NCBI GenBank assembly: GCA_038871515.1
Contig: JAVZHX010000002.1
Coordinates: forward strand, 132,641-196,640
Origin: Candidatus Micrarchaeia archaeon
Lineage (GTDB): Archaea; Micrarchaeota; Micrarchaeia; Burarchaeales; Fermentimicrarchaeaceae
DNA: 64,000 bases
Direction of reading: 5' to 3'
In this document: positions 9,818 to 19,142 of the stretch, in pieces
Layout of the letters: each line of letters opens with the position of its first letter
Position numbering within the stretch: position 1 is the first letter of the stretch
Notes under the pieces: model-generated
Told to the model about the DNA's origin: nothing
The model's input: only the letters and a program-made list of their open reading frames with translations
Database searches by the model: none
Program-made: the position numbers and the translations under genes

Positions 9818-9887
9818 ACTTCACACCTATCGATATTTTATCATAATAAAGTAAATACTTTGTGCCGAGCAGTATAATAAATATTGG

Positions 9888-10826
9888 ATGTGTAATTTAA
9901 GCATGGAGAAACTGCGTGAGCCAAAGGATGAGGTGGAGGGAAAAATAAAGAAGTTTGTCAGAAGTTCTTTTGATGAGAAAGTTGCAAGCAAAGATGCTGT
10001 GAAGGATTTTTATGCAGAAGCTATTCGTATTTCTGGAATTGTGAGGGAAATCAATAGAAGCAACAAACCAATCAAAATTGTTGATGTGGGCGGAGGAGGG
10101 GGTAGAATCGGAAAGATTTTGGATGAGTATGTGGAGAAGGGGATTGTCAAAAAGCAGTTTGATTACATTGTTGTTGATATAAGCAGAGCTGAGCTGGAAA
10201 AAGGAAGTAGCAAGTTCAGAATTGTTGGCGATATGATGGATATACCTCTCAGGGATGAACAGATGGATTTTGTGTTCTTGCTGAACATGCCAAGCGCGGC
10301 TGGGGTTATGAAAGATTACATAAGGAAACTTAAGCCTGTAAACCAAGCAGAAGCAGCAGAGAATAGAGAAGTGTTAAAAATGCTTGAAATAGCAACTGGG
10401 AATATCGATTTCTTGAATTACCTTGAAGGAGTTAGGGTGCTCAAGAAAAACGGGGTGTTCGTATCTGGTTTGCCAACTCACGGGGGTTTAGAAAAGAGTG
10501 GTTTGGAGGGGAGATTGAGGTTGATTAGGGATATGTTTATGGAGAGAGGTGTAAAACTTGGTGAAATTCCGCTGCGCAGAGTTGATTACGAAGTTCTGTG
10601 GATGGATTGGGGAGTTGTTAACTTATGGAGGGATTATGGTTTGGATATAAAGCAACCTGTTTTTTATATTGAATCGCTTAGAAGGACTGGCGATATTGAC
10701 GCGTGGGTGAAAGCTCTTCGCGAGAACCTTGATTTCGTTTTGAATGAACTTTCAAAAAACAAGAGATTCTGGGAAATTGTTAAGAGGATGGAAGAAGCTA
10801 ATCAACTCCAGGAACACCAAGCTTAG
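9888..10826 (+). CDS. Class I SAM-dependent methyltransferase-like protein
   Basis: IVDVGGGGG motif I, VVDIS, GDMMDIPL, RVLKKNG. Confidence 0.7.
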   Translation: MCNLSMEKLREPKDEVEGKIKKFVRSSFDEKVASKDAVKDFYAEAIRISGIVREINRSNKPIKIVDVGGGGGRIGKILDEYVEKGIVKKQFDYIVVDISRAELEKGSSKFRIVGDMMDIPLRDEQMDFVFLLNMPSAAGVMKDYIRKLKPVNQAEAAENREVLKMLEIATGNIDFLNYLEGVRVLKKNGVFVSGLPTHGGLEKSGLEGRLRLIRDMFMERGVKLGEIPLRRVDYEVLWMDWGVVNLWRDYGLDIKQPVFYIESLRRTGDIDAWVKALRENLDFVLNELSKNKRFWEIVKRMEEANQLQEHQA

Positions 10827-11787
10827 TTTCAAACGCCTCACATCCCAATCTTTTGTATATTTGAATGAGAGAGGATGGGTTTTTTGCAAGTATTATCACG
10901 CAACCTCCCCCTCCCGCGCCAGTTATTTTTGCACCAAGCGCTCCTTTCTTTCTGGCAGTTTCAATTATTCTATCTATTTGTGGGGTGGATAAACCAAGTT
11001 CAATAAAGCACTCCTGCGCAGCATTCATATTCCCCCCAAGCTTTTCAAGGTTGGATTCTCTCAATGCATCAATTCCATTCAAAGCAGTTTCCTCCATCCT
11101 GTCAAAAATCTTCTCTGTCCCTTCCCTATCTTTTTTATATCTTTCAGCAACCCTCTGAATCATCTCACCAGTATCCTTAACCGAGCCTGTGTTCACAATT
11201 AGAATAGGAACTTCCGTTTTTATCTGAAGTAATTTCACCCCCTCGCTTCTTCTGAATGAAATGTAACCGCCAAAGGTGCACGTGTTTGCATCAAGCCCGC
11301 TTGGGTTGCCGTGCACAACCTTGTCGCCCAAATTCGTCAGCTCTGCTACCTGATTTTTGCTCAGCGCAGTATGAAAGAAGTTGTTGAGCTCTCCTACAAG
11401 GGAGCAGAAAACAGCCGCGCTTGAGCCGAGCCCTGAGTTGCGTGGCACATCTGAGTGAATTGAAACCTCAATTGGGGAGCAGCCAAACTCGGAGAAAAAC
11501 TCCCCCAGAATCACCTTGTAGGGTGAGAAAATATCCCTTCTCTCCTTGCTCAAACCAGCCATATCTCCTTTTTCAATCATTCCCTTAACTCTCGCATGTG
11601 ATGAGGTTATCTCGTTGAAGTTGAATTTCTCCTTCTTTTTGAAATCAATTAGATTAATTGTAACTCCATCATCTGCTTTTTTTATCTCACAAAAAGCCCT
11701 TCTGTCAAATGCAACTGAAAGGGCAAGCCTGTTGTAAACAACCGCATGCTCGCCGAAAAGCTTCAAACTGCCCGGAGCAGATGCCAT
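10798..11787 (-). CDS. mvk: Mevalonate kinase
   Basis: APGSLKLFGEHAVVY, PRNSGLGSSAA, HGNPSGLD and KITGAGGGG motifs; start codon uncertain. Confidence 0.9.
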   Translation of the reverse strand: MASAPGSLKLFGEHAVVYNRLALSVAFDRRAFCEIKKADDGVTINLIDFKKKEKFNFNEITSSHARVKGMIEKGDMAGLSKERRDIFSPYKVILGEFFSEFGCSPIEVSIHSDVPRNSGLGSSAAVFCSLVGELNNFFHTALSKNQVAELTNLGDKVVHGNPSGLDANTCTFGGYISFRRSEGVKLLQIKTEVPILIVNTGSVKDTGEMIQRVAERYKKDREGTEKIFDRMEETALNGIDALRESNLEKLGGNMNAAQECFIELGLSTPQIDRIIETARKKGALGAKITGAGGGGCVIILAKNPSSLIQIYKRLGCEAFETKLGVPGVD

Positions 11788-11894
11788 AAGTGAATTATGC
11801 GATGAATTATTAATATTACTCTTGCTGAGTTTATACAAAGACAATCAGTATAAGTTTTTAAATGAAAAACGCGTAAATTATTTGGTGGTTTAGC

Positions 11895-12317
11895 ATGGGG
11901 AACGCAGAGAAGGTAAAACATGAAGTTTGCTGCGGTGGTACTTTTCTTTTTCAGGAGAAAGGGAAACTTGGAGTGTACAGTGGGATGAGGGAGAAAGAGG
12001 ATGCTAAAATTAAGATAACTTTGAGCGTTGGTAAGATGGATGAGTGGCTAGTTGTTGATGTGACAGAGAAAGGGGAGAGGGGGCACTTCAGCATACACGC
12101 AAACAGAAGCGAAAGAGGGAAGGAAAGGTTGTTCGGGGAGAGAGTTGTTTCAGCAAATGTTAATGGGTTTGATCTGTTGAAGGAGTTGCCTGACCTGCAG
12201 GTGGCAGTTGATGAGATACGGAGAAGGGAGAAGGAGAGGCTGCCGCAGTATGCGATTTTCCCTGATGAGCATCCGGCGGTTGTTGGTTCAGATATAAAGT
12301 TTCGTCCGTTGAAGTAG
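11895..12317 (+). CDS. Hypothetical protein
   Basis: ORF with SD and codon style like neighbours. Confidence 0.6.
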   Translation: MGNAEKVKHEVCCGGTFLFQEKGKLGVYSGMREKEDAKIKITLSVGKMDEWLVVDVTEKGERGHFSIHANRSERGKERLFGERVVSANVNGFDLLKELPDLQVAVDEIRRREKERLPQYAIFPDEHPAVVGSDIKFRPLK

Positions 12318-12325
12318 GTGGTTTT

Positions 12326-12847
12326 GTGGAATTCTTTGAAGTTCTTAAAAACAGGCATTCAGTAAGAAAATTCAAGGATATGCCTGTTGAGGAGGAGAAG
12401 CTTCAAAAAATTCTGGAGGCTGCAAACTCAGCTCCCTCTGCTGGTGACTTACAAGCCTATGAGATAGTTGTTGTGAGGGATAAGGAAAGAAAGAATAAAC
12501 TTGTGAGCGCAGCGTATGAGCAGGAGTTCATCGCAAAAGCACCTGTTGTTTTAGTTTTCGTAGCCCACCCAGAAAGGTCTTCAAGAAGGTATGGGAGGAG
12601 AGGCGCTGAGCTTTACTGCATTCAGGATGCGACAATCGCAACTGCGTATGCACAGCTTGCTGCAACCGCGCTCGGTTTGAGCTGTGTTTGGGTTGGTGCT
12701 TTTGATGAGAAGGAAGTTGCGAAAGTAATTAACGCAAAAGAAAACCTCAAACCAGTTTCCATGTTGCCAATTGGGTACGCAGATGAGCAACCAAGAGCAA
12801 CACCGAGAAGAGGAGTTGAGGAGTTGGTTCACGAAGAGAAGTTATAA
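12326..12847 (+). CDS. Nitroreductase family protein
   Basis: RHSVRKF, APSAGDLQ and LGLSCVWVG motifs. Confidence 0.92.
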   Translation: MEFFEVLKNRHSVRKFKDMPVEEEKLQKILEAANSAPSAGDLQAYEIVVVRDKERKNKLVSAAYEQEFIAKAPVVLVFVAHPERSSRRYGRRGAELYCIQDATIATAYAQLAATALGLSCVWVGAFDEKEVAKVINAKENLKPVSMLPIGYADEQPRATPRRGVEELVHEEKL

Positions 12848-14100
12848 TTCCAGCTCTCGCATAGTTTCACGATAGAGTTTGAAACAAACTCCAAATCCTT
12901 TACTCTCACAAACTCATCCTTTCCATGAACGTTGCTGTCATCCGCGATTGGTCCGAAGCAGATGGAGGGGATTCCTCTTTTTACGAAGAAATGCGCATCT
13001 GTTCCTCCAAGAGTTCCGTATGCTTTTCTCTCGCCTGTTGCTTTCTTCATCATTTCAACAAAAGGATGAGTTTCAGGCAAGGAGTAGCCTTCTGATTTTT
13101 CAATTAAATCAAATTTTGCTTTACTTTTATCTGCAAGGTATTTTCTGAGATCAGCAACAGCGGATTGGAGGGTTTCTTCTGGAATTGTCCTCAAGTCAAA
13201 GACAATCTCGCACCTCCCTTCGCCACCCATATTTCTCTTCAGCAAAGGAAGTGCTTTCTCTATTGGGTTGACTGCAAGATGAGGGTAACCCGCATGCCCT
13301 TGCCTGCCTTTTATGACTAACTGCTTCCTACCGCGCAACTTCACGCGAAGCTCTCCAGGTATTATGTTTGATTTCACTCCTGCTTTTGCGTATTCAACTG
13401 CACCGCAGGAGAGATTTAACATGGTGACTGAAATTCTTCCCCATATCCTTCTTTTTGTGGATGCGCTTATAAGGGAGGAAACAACTCTTCCTCTCACTTT
13501 TGAATAATTAATCACATCTGAAAGCAAAGATACAATTTCGGTGGATTTTCCTCTCATAGCTATTCTTCCAGCAACTCTTCCGCTTGAGCCAATATAAACC
13601 CTTGGTCCTGCGTCTATGAGGATTGCTACATCTCCGTTAACAATAAACTCGCCTCTCTTTTTCAACTTCATCAAAAAACCAATCCCATCCTCCCCTCCAA
13701 CCTCCTCATCGCATGTGACAAGAAGCTTGACATTCACTTTTGATGAGTTTCTTTTTTTTAGAGTTTCAAGAGCAGAAAGAGCAGAAAGAATCCCTCCCTT
13801 ATCATCAGCAGCTCCCCTCCCATATAACTTTCCATTTTTAATTGTCAGCTTGAAAGGTGGGTATTTCCATCCCTCACCAGCTGGAACAACATCGTAGTGA
13901 GTTGCGAGAAGTAGAGTGGGTTTTTCTGGTGCTTGAAGCGAGATTATGAGGTTTGGTTTTCTGTTTGAACGATACACATCCACTCCTAAACCAATTCTCT
14001 CAGCTTCTTTCTTTATCAGCTCAGCGCACTCCCCATAGTTGCTTTTCCTTTCGGAATTAGTGTTGAGCTCAACAAGCTCTGCAAGAAATTTAAGGTTCAT
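12829..14100 (-). CDS. M20 family metallopeptidase/deacylase (ArgE/DapE-like)
   Basis: HYDVVP, GRGAADDKG, DEEVGG, GGTDA and HGKDE motifs. Confidence 0.88.
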   Translation of the reverse strand: MNLKFLAELVELNTNSERKSNYGECAELIKKEAERIGLGVDVYRSNRKPNLIISLQAPEKPTLLLATHYDVVPAGEGWKYPPFKLTIKNGKLYGRGAADDKGGILSALSALETLKKRNSSKVNVKLLVTCDEEVGGEDGIGFLMKLKKRGEFIVNGDVAILIDAGPRVYIGSSGRVAGRIAMRGKSTEIVSLLSDVINYSKVRGRVVSSLISASTKRRIWGRISVTMLNLSCGAVEYAKAGVKSNIIPGELRVKLRGRKQLVIKGRQGHAGYPHLAVNPIEKALPLLKRNMGGEGRCEIVFDLRTIPEETLQSAVADLRKYLADKSKAKFDLIEKSEGYSLPETHPFVEMMKKATGERKAYGTLGGTDAHFFVKRGIPSICFGPIADDSNVHGKDEFVRVKDLEFVSNSIVKLCESWNYNFSS

Positions 14101-16147
14101 TCTTCTCCTCCAGAACTTTTAGTGCTTCCTTCGCTTTCTCTATTTTTCTTTTGTTCTCCTCTATAGCTTTTGAATCATCCCTTATGAATTCATTCAACAC
14201 ATCCTGGCTGGCTGAGCCGAAGTGGCGTGGTTCGTTGAGCTTCTTCCTCCACACCTGTATTCTGCTTGAAAGCTTTTCATTTGATTCAGTCATTTCAGCA
14301 ATTTCCTCTTTTAAAGTGCGTTCAAGCACCTCGGGGTTTATTCTTCCTATCAGCTCCTTCTTTTCTGGAACTCCTTTCCCAACCCACTCATCAAGCATTT
14401 CTCTCACTTTTTTCTTTGTGCTCCTAAGCGCATCCACGTAATTGGCAACTTCCTCAGCTTCTTTCTGCATTCCCGCATTTTCCAGCTTAGCAACAAGCTC
14501 ACTTGCTGGGAGGGTTTTTAGCATTTCATCAACAACCTCTGCAAAGTTTCTTCCCTCCTTTAACTTGTGGGAGAATTGAGATGGTATGTCAAACTCTCTC
14601 CTTACTTTTTCTATATAGTAACCGGCATTATGAGTTACCGTTTTGAATGATGCACTTTTCACCCCGTGCTCCTTCAGAGCTTCTATCACCGAAAGGTAAG
14701 AAAGAAACCGCTTATCACCTTCAAGGAGCTGGGGGTATTTGAATGAAAGCAGATCGGTATCAGGGTAGAAAAACTGCTGGGTTTTTTGTAGTGTTTCGAA
14801 CTCCTTTCTGCTTCTAACATGCTCGCTCAGAATGGAGGAGAATTCTTTTGTTAGGAGGACTGATGCTCTATCTCCTTTCACTTTTATAACTGCGTCGTCC
14901 TTTACATTTATTGCAAAGAAACCAGCCATCCCAAGTATTTCTATTCCATCAACCTTTTCATCAACCATCCCAAATTCAAGAAGGCGGAGTTTTTCAGAGA
15001 TTTTTTTACTCAACTTCTCAGATGGCTCGTGAGTTTTTTTCTTTTGCTCAACAGCAATCTCTAACCCATATCTTGCGATGGTATCCTGCACCTTTTTCAA
15101 GCTTACAGATTCAAGAAGTTGTTCAAGCACCACTTGAGGCGCCTCTACCACTTTCAGCAACTGCGATGCAATCCAATTCTGCTCAACAAGCTTTTCGGCA
15201 GTTTCCTTCAGTTCACCAGTAGTTTTTCCACTCAGTTCACTTACACTGATTTTTGTTTCTGAAAGCGCAGCAAGCAGTGAGGGAAGGCTGCGTAGCTTCT
15301 CCTCACTGAGCTTTGGGTTATTTTGAACTTCCTCACAAATCTCCTTTACTGTTTTTCTACCCACGTGAGCTGAGAATTTTGAAAATTCGCTCTGCTCCAA
15401 AAAAACCTTCGCTTCATTTTTATCAATCTGCATAACCAAAAAAGGAGCAGCTACGACTCCAATTCCTCTGTTTCCATGAATGTTAACCCTTTCTCCGTTG
15501 GGTGTGGTGAGCACCTTGAAAACCTCGTATTCACTTATCTCTTTTAGCTGTTGAGCCAACTCCTTCTCAAAAAGCACCCACTCAAGCTGTGATCTGAAAT
15601 CTAGTTGTTTTTTGACTTCGGGAGTGGGAAGTTTATTTTTCTCATATCTCTCGCGCGCTTCTGCAACAGCAACCGGCCCGTATTCACTTATCAAATATGC
15701 TTCATTGCGAAACGTGCTTTTGAGCGATGAGATAATATCATGCTGCGCTTCCAGATTCATTTTAACCTCAAGAAGTTTCTCAAGGGATGAGCGGTTTACC
15801 TCTTGTATTGAAATCCCGCAGTTTGATAATGCTTTGAAGATTGGTGTGTAATCGCCAAGAATTTTCTCATCTGGCTTGCGCAGCTCTTCCTTTATAAGAT
15901 GTGGTTGTTTTGACTTTTCATATAAAGCAGAGTATAATCCCTCGGAGAGCCAAACCTCTGCTTTTCTTCCATCAACTTTAACGCAAACTCTGTCTGAGAT
16001 TATAGCGCCGACTCCGTTAATGCCAAAAACGTGAACAGAGTTATAAAAGTGAGCTTGCCTCCTTATATCATCTACGGCAAGGGTAAGCTTCACAGTCATG
16101 AGCTCGCGTTCTGCTCTTTTTGCTTCCTCCTGCTTTTCAATTGCCAT
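14090..16147 (-). CDS. Hypothetical protein with three ~180-aa internal repeats and a C-terminal coiled coil
   Basis: 685-aa ORF; repeated units begin near residues 38, 221 and 402. Confidence 0.7.
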   Translation of the reverse strand: MAIEKQEEAKRAERELMTVKLTLAVDDIRRQAHFYNSVHVFGINGVGAIISDRVCVKVDGRKAEVWLSEGLYSALYEKSKQPHLIKEELRKPDEKILGDYTPIFKALSNCGISIQEVNRSSLEKLLEVKMNLEAQHDIISSLKSTFRNEAYLISEYGPVAVAEARERYEKNKLPTPEVKKQLDFRSQLEWVLFEKELAQQLKEISEYEVFKVLTTPNGERVNIHGNRGIGVVAAPFLVMQIDKNEAKVFLEQSEFSKFSAHVGRKTVKEICEEVQNNPKLSEEKLRSLPSLLAALSETKISVSELSGKTTGELKETAEKLVEQNWIASQLLKVVEAPQVVLEQLLESVSLKKVQDTIARYGLEIAVEQKKKTHEPSEKLSKKISEKLRLLEFGMVDEKVDGIEILGMAGFFAINVKDDAVIKVKGDRASVLLTKEFSSILSEHVRSRKEFETLQKTQQFFYPDTDLLSFKYPQLLEGDKRFLSYLSVIEALKEHGVKSASFKTVTHNAGYYIEKVRREFDIPSQFSHKLKEGRNFAEVVDEMLKTLPASELVAKLENAGMQKEAEEVANYVDALRSTKKKVREMLDEWVGKGVPEKKELIGRINPEVLERTLKEEIAEMTESNEKLSSRIQVWRKKLNEPRHFGSASQDVLNEFIRDDSKAIEENKRKIEKAKEALKVLEEKNEP

Positions 16148-16179
16148 AGGTGAATTTGCTCATTTTAAGTATAAAAACA

Positions 16180-16680
16180 TCAGTGTATGACAATCTCCCT
16201 CACTCCCTTAACATTCCTAAGTTTGTTTATGGTTGCTCCATCAAGCTTCTTCTCAAGTATTAAGGTGAGCTTTGGCTCAGGATAGATGTCTGGGTCGTCT
16301 GCAACAATCTGTCTTATCACTATTCCTCTATCTGCGATTATGCTTGCAACGCTGGCAACAATTCCCTTCTGGTGTGGCTCGGCGTGTATTTCTATGCTTT
16401 CAAAACCAAGTTTATCTGCAACTTTTCCTATAAAAGCAGTTGGGAGCAGCTGGGAGAATATGCCATAGAGCTTGTCATCCTCTGCAATCATCTTCCCCGT
16501 TTCAATCACAACTCTTCTGTCAACTCCAAGCGCGCGGGCGAATTTTGCAGGGGAAATTTCTATCTCAGCGCAGAATATTCTTCCTTTTTCATCCACTCTT
16601 AACCCATACTTCAGCATTGTTTCCGCAACTTTTCTCTTGCCAGGTGACTCCTCAAACGCCTTCTCAAGCAAAGGGTACAT
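16180..16680 (-). CDS. ACT-domain regulator of amino-acid metabolism (COG2150-like)
   Basis: N-terminal HTH-like ISPAKFARALGVDRRVV; C-terminal ACT fold GIVASVASIIADRGIVIRQ...DP. Confidence 0.85.
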   Translation of the reverse strand: MYPLLEKAFEESPGKRKVAETMLKYGLRVDEKGRIFCAEIEISPAKFARALGVDRRVVIETGKMIAEDDKLYGIFSQLLPTAFIGKVADKLGFESIEIHAEPHQKGIVASVASIIADRGIVIRQIVADDPDIYPEPKLTLILEKKLDGATINKLRNVKGVREIVIH

Positions 16681-16757
16681 AATGTATATTTTTATACACA
16701 AAAGTTTAAAAATGTGTATTGCTCCAATCTACCTGCTTGGGGTGATTTGAATGAAAG

Positions 16758-18059
16758 GTGGATGTCTTTGGGGAAGTGAAGCTTGTTCTTGAGCAGGAGG
16801 AGCTGCCGCGCTACTACTGCAACATACTGCCCTTTCTCCCAAAACCTCTGAAACCACCTCTGAACCCTGCGACAAAGCAACCTGTTAAGCCAGAGGAGCT
16901 GATGAGAATTTTCACAAAGGAGGGAGTGAGGCAGGAGATGTGCCTTGATGAGAGAGTTGCAATTCCAGAGGAGGTTAGAGAAGCGTACCTTCGGTTGGGA
17001 AGGCCAACTCCACTCTACAGAGCAAGAAGGCTTGAAAGATTTCTGAAAACAAAAGCAAGAATATATTACAAAAGGGAGGATGTGAATCCGTGTGGCTCAC
17101 ACAAACCAAATACTGCCGTTGCGCAGGCGTACTATGCCGCAAAAGAAGGAGTTGAGAAGCTTGCTACGGAAACAGGCGCGGGGCAGTGGGGCACAGCTCT
17201 GAGTTACGCGTGCATGCTGTTCGATTTGAAGTGCGAAGTTTTTATGACGAGAAGCAGTTACGACAGCAAGCCGTACAGAAGAACTCTTATTGAGCTTTTT
17301 GGAGGGGAGGTTCATCCTTCACCAAGCAGTATAACTGAGACAGGAAGGAGTTTCCTCAAGCAGATGCCTGATCACCCGGGAAGTTTGGGAGTTGCAATAA
17401 GCGAGGCAATTGAAGTAACTCTGAAGGAGGAGAGCACAAGGTATTCATTGGGCAGTGTGCTGAACCATGTGTTGCTTCACCAAACGATAATTGGAGAGGA
17501 AACAATGCTGCAGTTCAAGAAAATTGATACAATACCAGATTTGATGGTGGGTTGCATAGGTGGGGGGAGCAACTTCGCTGGGTTCGCCTATCCTTTTGTA
17601 AAAGAGAAGCTGATGGGAAAGTCGGAAACAAGCTTTCTTGCAGTTGAGCCAGAGGCAGTTCCATCAACAACGAAAGGAGAGTACAGATATGATTATGGGG
17701 ATTCGGCTGAGCTGACTCCGCTTATAGAGATGTACACGCTTGGACATAAATTCATTCCACCAAAGATACATGCGGCTGGTTTAAGATATCACGGTAAAGC
17801 TCCATCTCTCAGTTTATTAATAAAGGAGGGAGTTGTAAGCTCTGTTGCATACAATCAAAATGAGGTTTTTGAGGCAGCGCGCATATTTGCAAAAACAGAG
17901 GGTATTGTTCCAGCTCCTGAAACTGCACATGCAATAAAAGCAGTTATTGATGAAGCAAGAAAGTGCAGGGAAGGAAAGATAATTGCGTTTAACTTCTCTG
18001 GGCATGGGTTGCTTGACTTGGGTGGCTATCACGAGTTTCTTTGGCGTGAGCGAGAATGA
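16758..18059 (+). CDS. trpB2: TrpB2-type tryptophan synthase beta-like PLP enzyme
   Basis: [15 protein letters not shown] (PLP lysine), [15 protein letters not shown] and [10 protein letters not shown] motifs. Confidence 0.93.
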   Translation: MDVFGEVKLVLEQEELPRYYCNILPFLPKPLKPPLNPATKQPVKPEELMRIFTKEGVRQEMCLDERVAIPEEVREAYLRLGRPTPLYRARRLERFLKTKARIYYKREDVNPCGSHKPNTAVAQAYYAAKEGVEKLATETGAGQWGTALSYACMLFDLKCEVFMTRSSYDSKPYRRTLIELFGGEVHPSPSSITETGRSFLKQMPDHPGSLGVAISEAIEVTLKEESTRYSLGSVLNHVLLHQTIIGEETMLQFKKIDTIPDLMVGCIGGGSNFAGFAYPFVKEKLMGKSETSFLAVEPEAVPSTTKGEYRYDYGDSAELTPLIEMYTLGHKFIPPKIHAAGLRYHGKAPSLSLLIKEGVVSSVAYNQNEVFEAARIFAKTEGIVPAPETAHAIKAVIDEARKCREGKIIAFNFSGHGLLDLGGYHEFLWRERE

Positions 18060-18465
18060 AGTGAGAATACTTTTTATCTCTGAGCTGAAAGCACATGAGC
18101 TGCCAGATAAGAGAAGAGTTAAGGAGCTTGAGGAGGATATGAGGAGGAGAGGAATTTTGCTCAAGCCAATTATTGTGGATAGGAAAACAAAGATTATCAT
18201 AGATGGGCATTGCAGATGTGATGCACTGAGAAGAGTTGGTTGCAGAAAAGTTGCCGTGAGGTTTGTTGACTATCTATCTGAAAAGATAGCTGTGGAGGGA
18301 TGGAATGGGGAGAAAGTTAACAAAAAAGATGTTTTGGAAGCGGGGATGAGTGGTGTTCTTATGAAACCAAAAACAACACGGCATATTGTCAGAGTTGGTG
18401 AAAAATTTTTGCACATATCCGAAATTTATGGGGAGGCGCCTGTTTCGCTGAGCAAGCTCATCTGA
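18046..18465 (+). CDS. ParB/Srx-fold protein, SerK/SbnI-like (putative free-serine kinase, minimal form)
   Basis: LKAHE, KPIIV, IDGHCR, VDY..W and PKTTRH motifs; overlaps the trpB2 stop. Start at GTG 18046 or 18061. Confidence 0.7.
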   Translation: MSENEVRILFISELKAHELPDKRRVKELEEDMRRRGILLKPIIVDRKTKIIIDGHCRCDALRRVGCRKVAVRFVDYLSEKIAVEGWNGEKVNKKDVLEAGMSGVLMKPKTTRHIVRVGEKFLHISEIYGEAPVSLSKLI

Positions 18466-19054
18466 ATTTTGTGAATGAGAACCAGGCTGCCCTTTCAAGC
18501 TCTCCCTCACCAAAGCAGAGCAGCACCATATCGCCATCCCTCAGTTGAAATTTTTCAATTATTGCGGAGGTTGCTTTGTGGTATTCGCTCTGCACCTCAC
18601 CCCCAGAATCTACGAATAAAAATTTGCCTTTTCTGAAAGAGAGCAGCGTTATGCCGTCTGCTCCCATTTTCACCGCACAATCCCTCACCTCAAGAACGCG
18701 CGGTGATTTTATTCCCCTTATGAGAATCGCGAAGGTTTTTTTGTTCATTGTCAGAGAGGTGGGGGGGAGATAACCAACATCAACAGCATGTTTTTTTAAT
18801 TCCTTAAGAACTCTGAAACCATTCTCAGTTAACTTGTATCCCATAGGGGTGGTATCAACAAGCCCCTCATTCTTCAACAATTTCAAAATACTTCTTGTGC
18901 TCCACTCCCCTATTCCCAACTCCCTGCTGAGCCTTGCACGCCCTTTCCTTGTATCAAGCTTCCAGAGAGCTCGGAGTATGTCAATTGGAAGGAATGAGGG
19001 GTAAGGGCCGAACCTCTTTTTTTTCACTCTTTCAAGCAGTTTGAGTGGTTGCAT
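18458..19054 (-). CDS. Winged-helix protein (DUF4443-like), putative regulator
   Basis: GRARLSRELGIGEWSTRSILKLLKNEGLV wHTH; RDCAVKMGADG C-terminal domain. Confidence 0.75.
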   Translation of the reverse strand: MQPLKLLERVKKKRFGPYPSFLPIDILRALWKLDTRKGRARLSRELGIGEWSTRSILKLLKNEGLVDTTPMGYKLTENGFRVLKELKKHAVDVGYLPPTSLTMNKKTFAILIRGIKSPRVLEVRDCAVKMGADGITLLSFRKGKFLFVDSGGEVQSEYHKATSAIIEKFQLRDGDMVLLCFGEGELERAAWFSFTKFR

Positions 19055-19078
19055 ATCTCACCTCGTTTTATTTAAAAG

Positions 19079-19118
19079 GTTGGATGAATTCACCAACTTA
19101 TATAAAGCTGGATGAATT
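19079..19118. promoter_or_regulatory. Putative operator: palindrome plus direct repeat around a TATA box
   Basis: GTTGG(A)TGAATTCACCAAC at 19079-19097; TTATATAAA at 19098-19106; TGGATGAATT at 19081 and 19109. Confidence 0.55.
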
Positions 19119-19142
19119 AAAAGCTTTGCTTGAGGTGAGCTG

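Noticed and set aside
18046..18465. Chromosome-partition ParB
   Set aside because: No HTH or dimerisation domain and no parA; the motifs fit the SerK/SbnI branch better.
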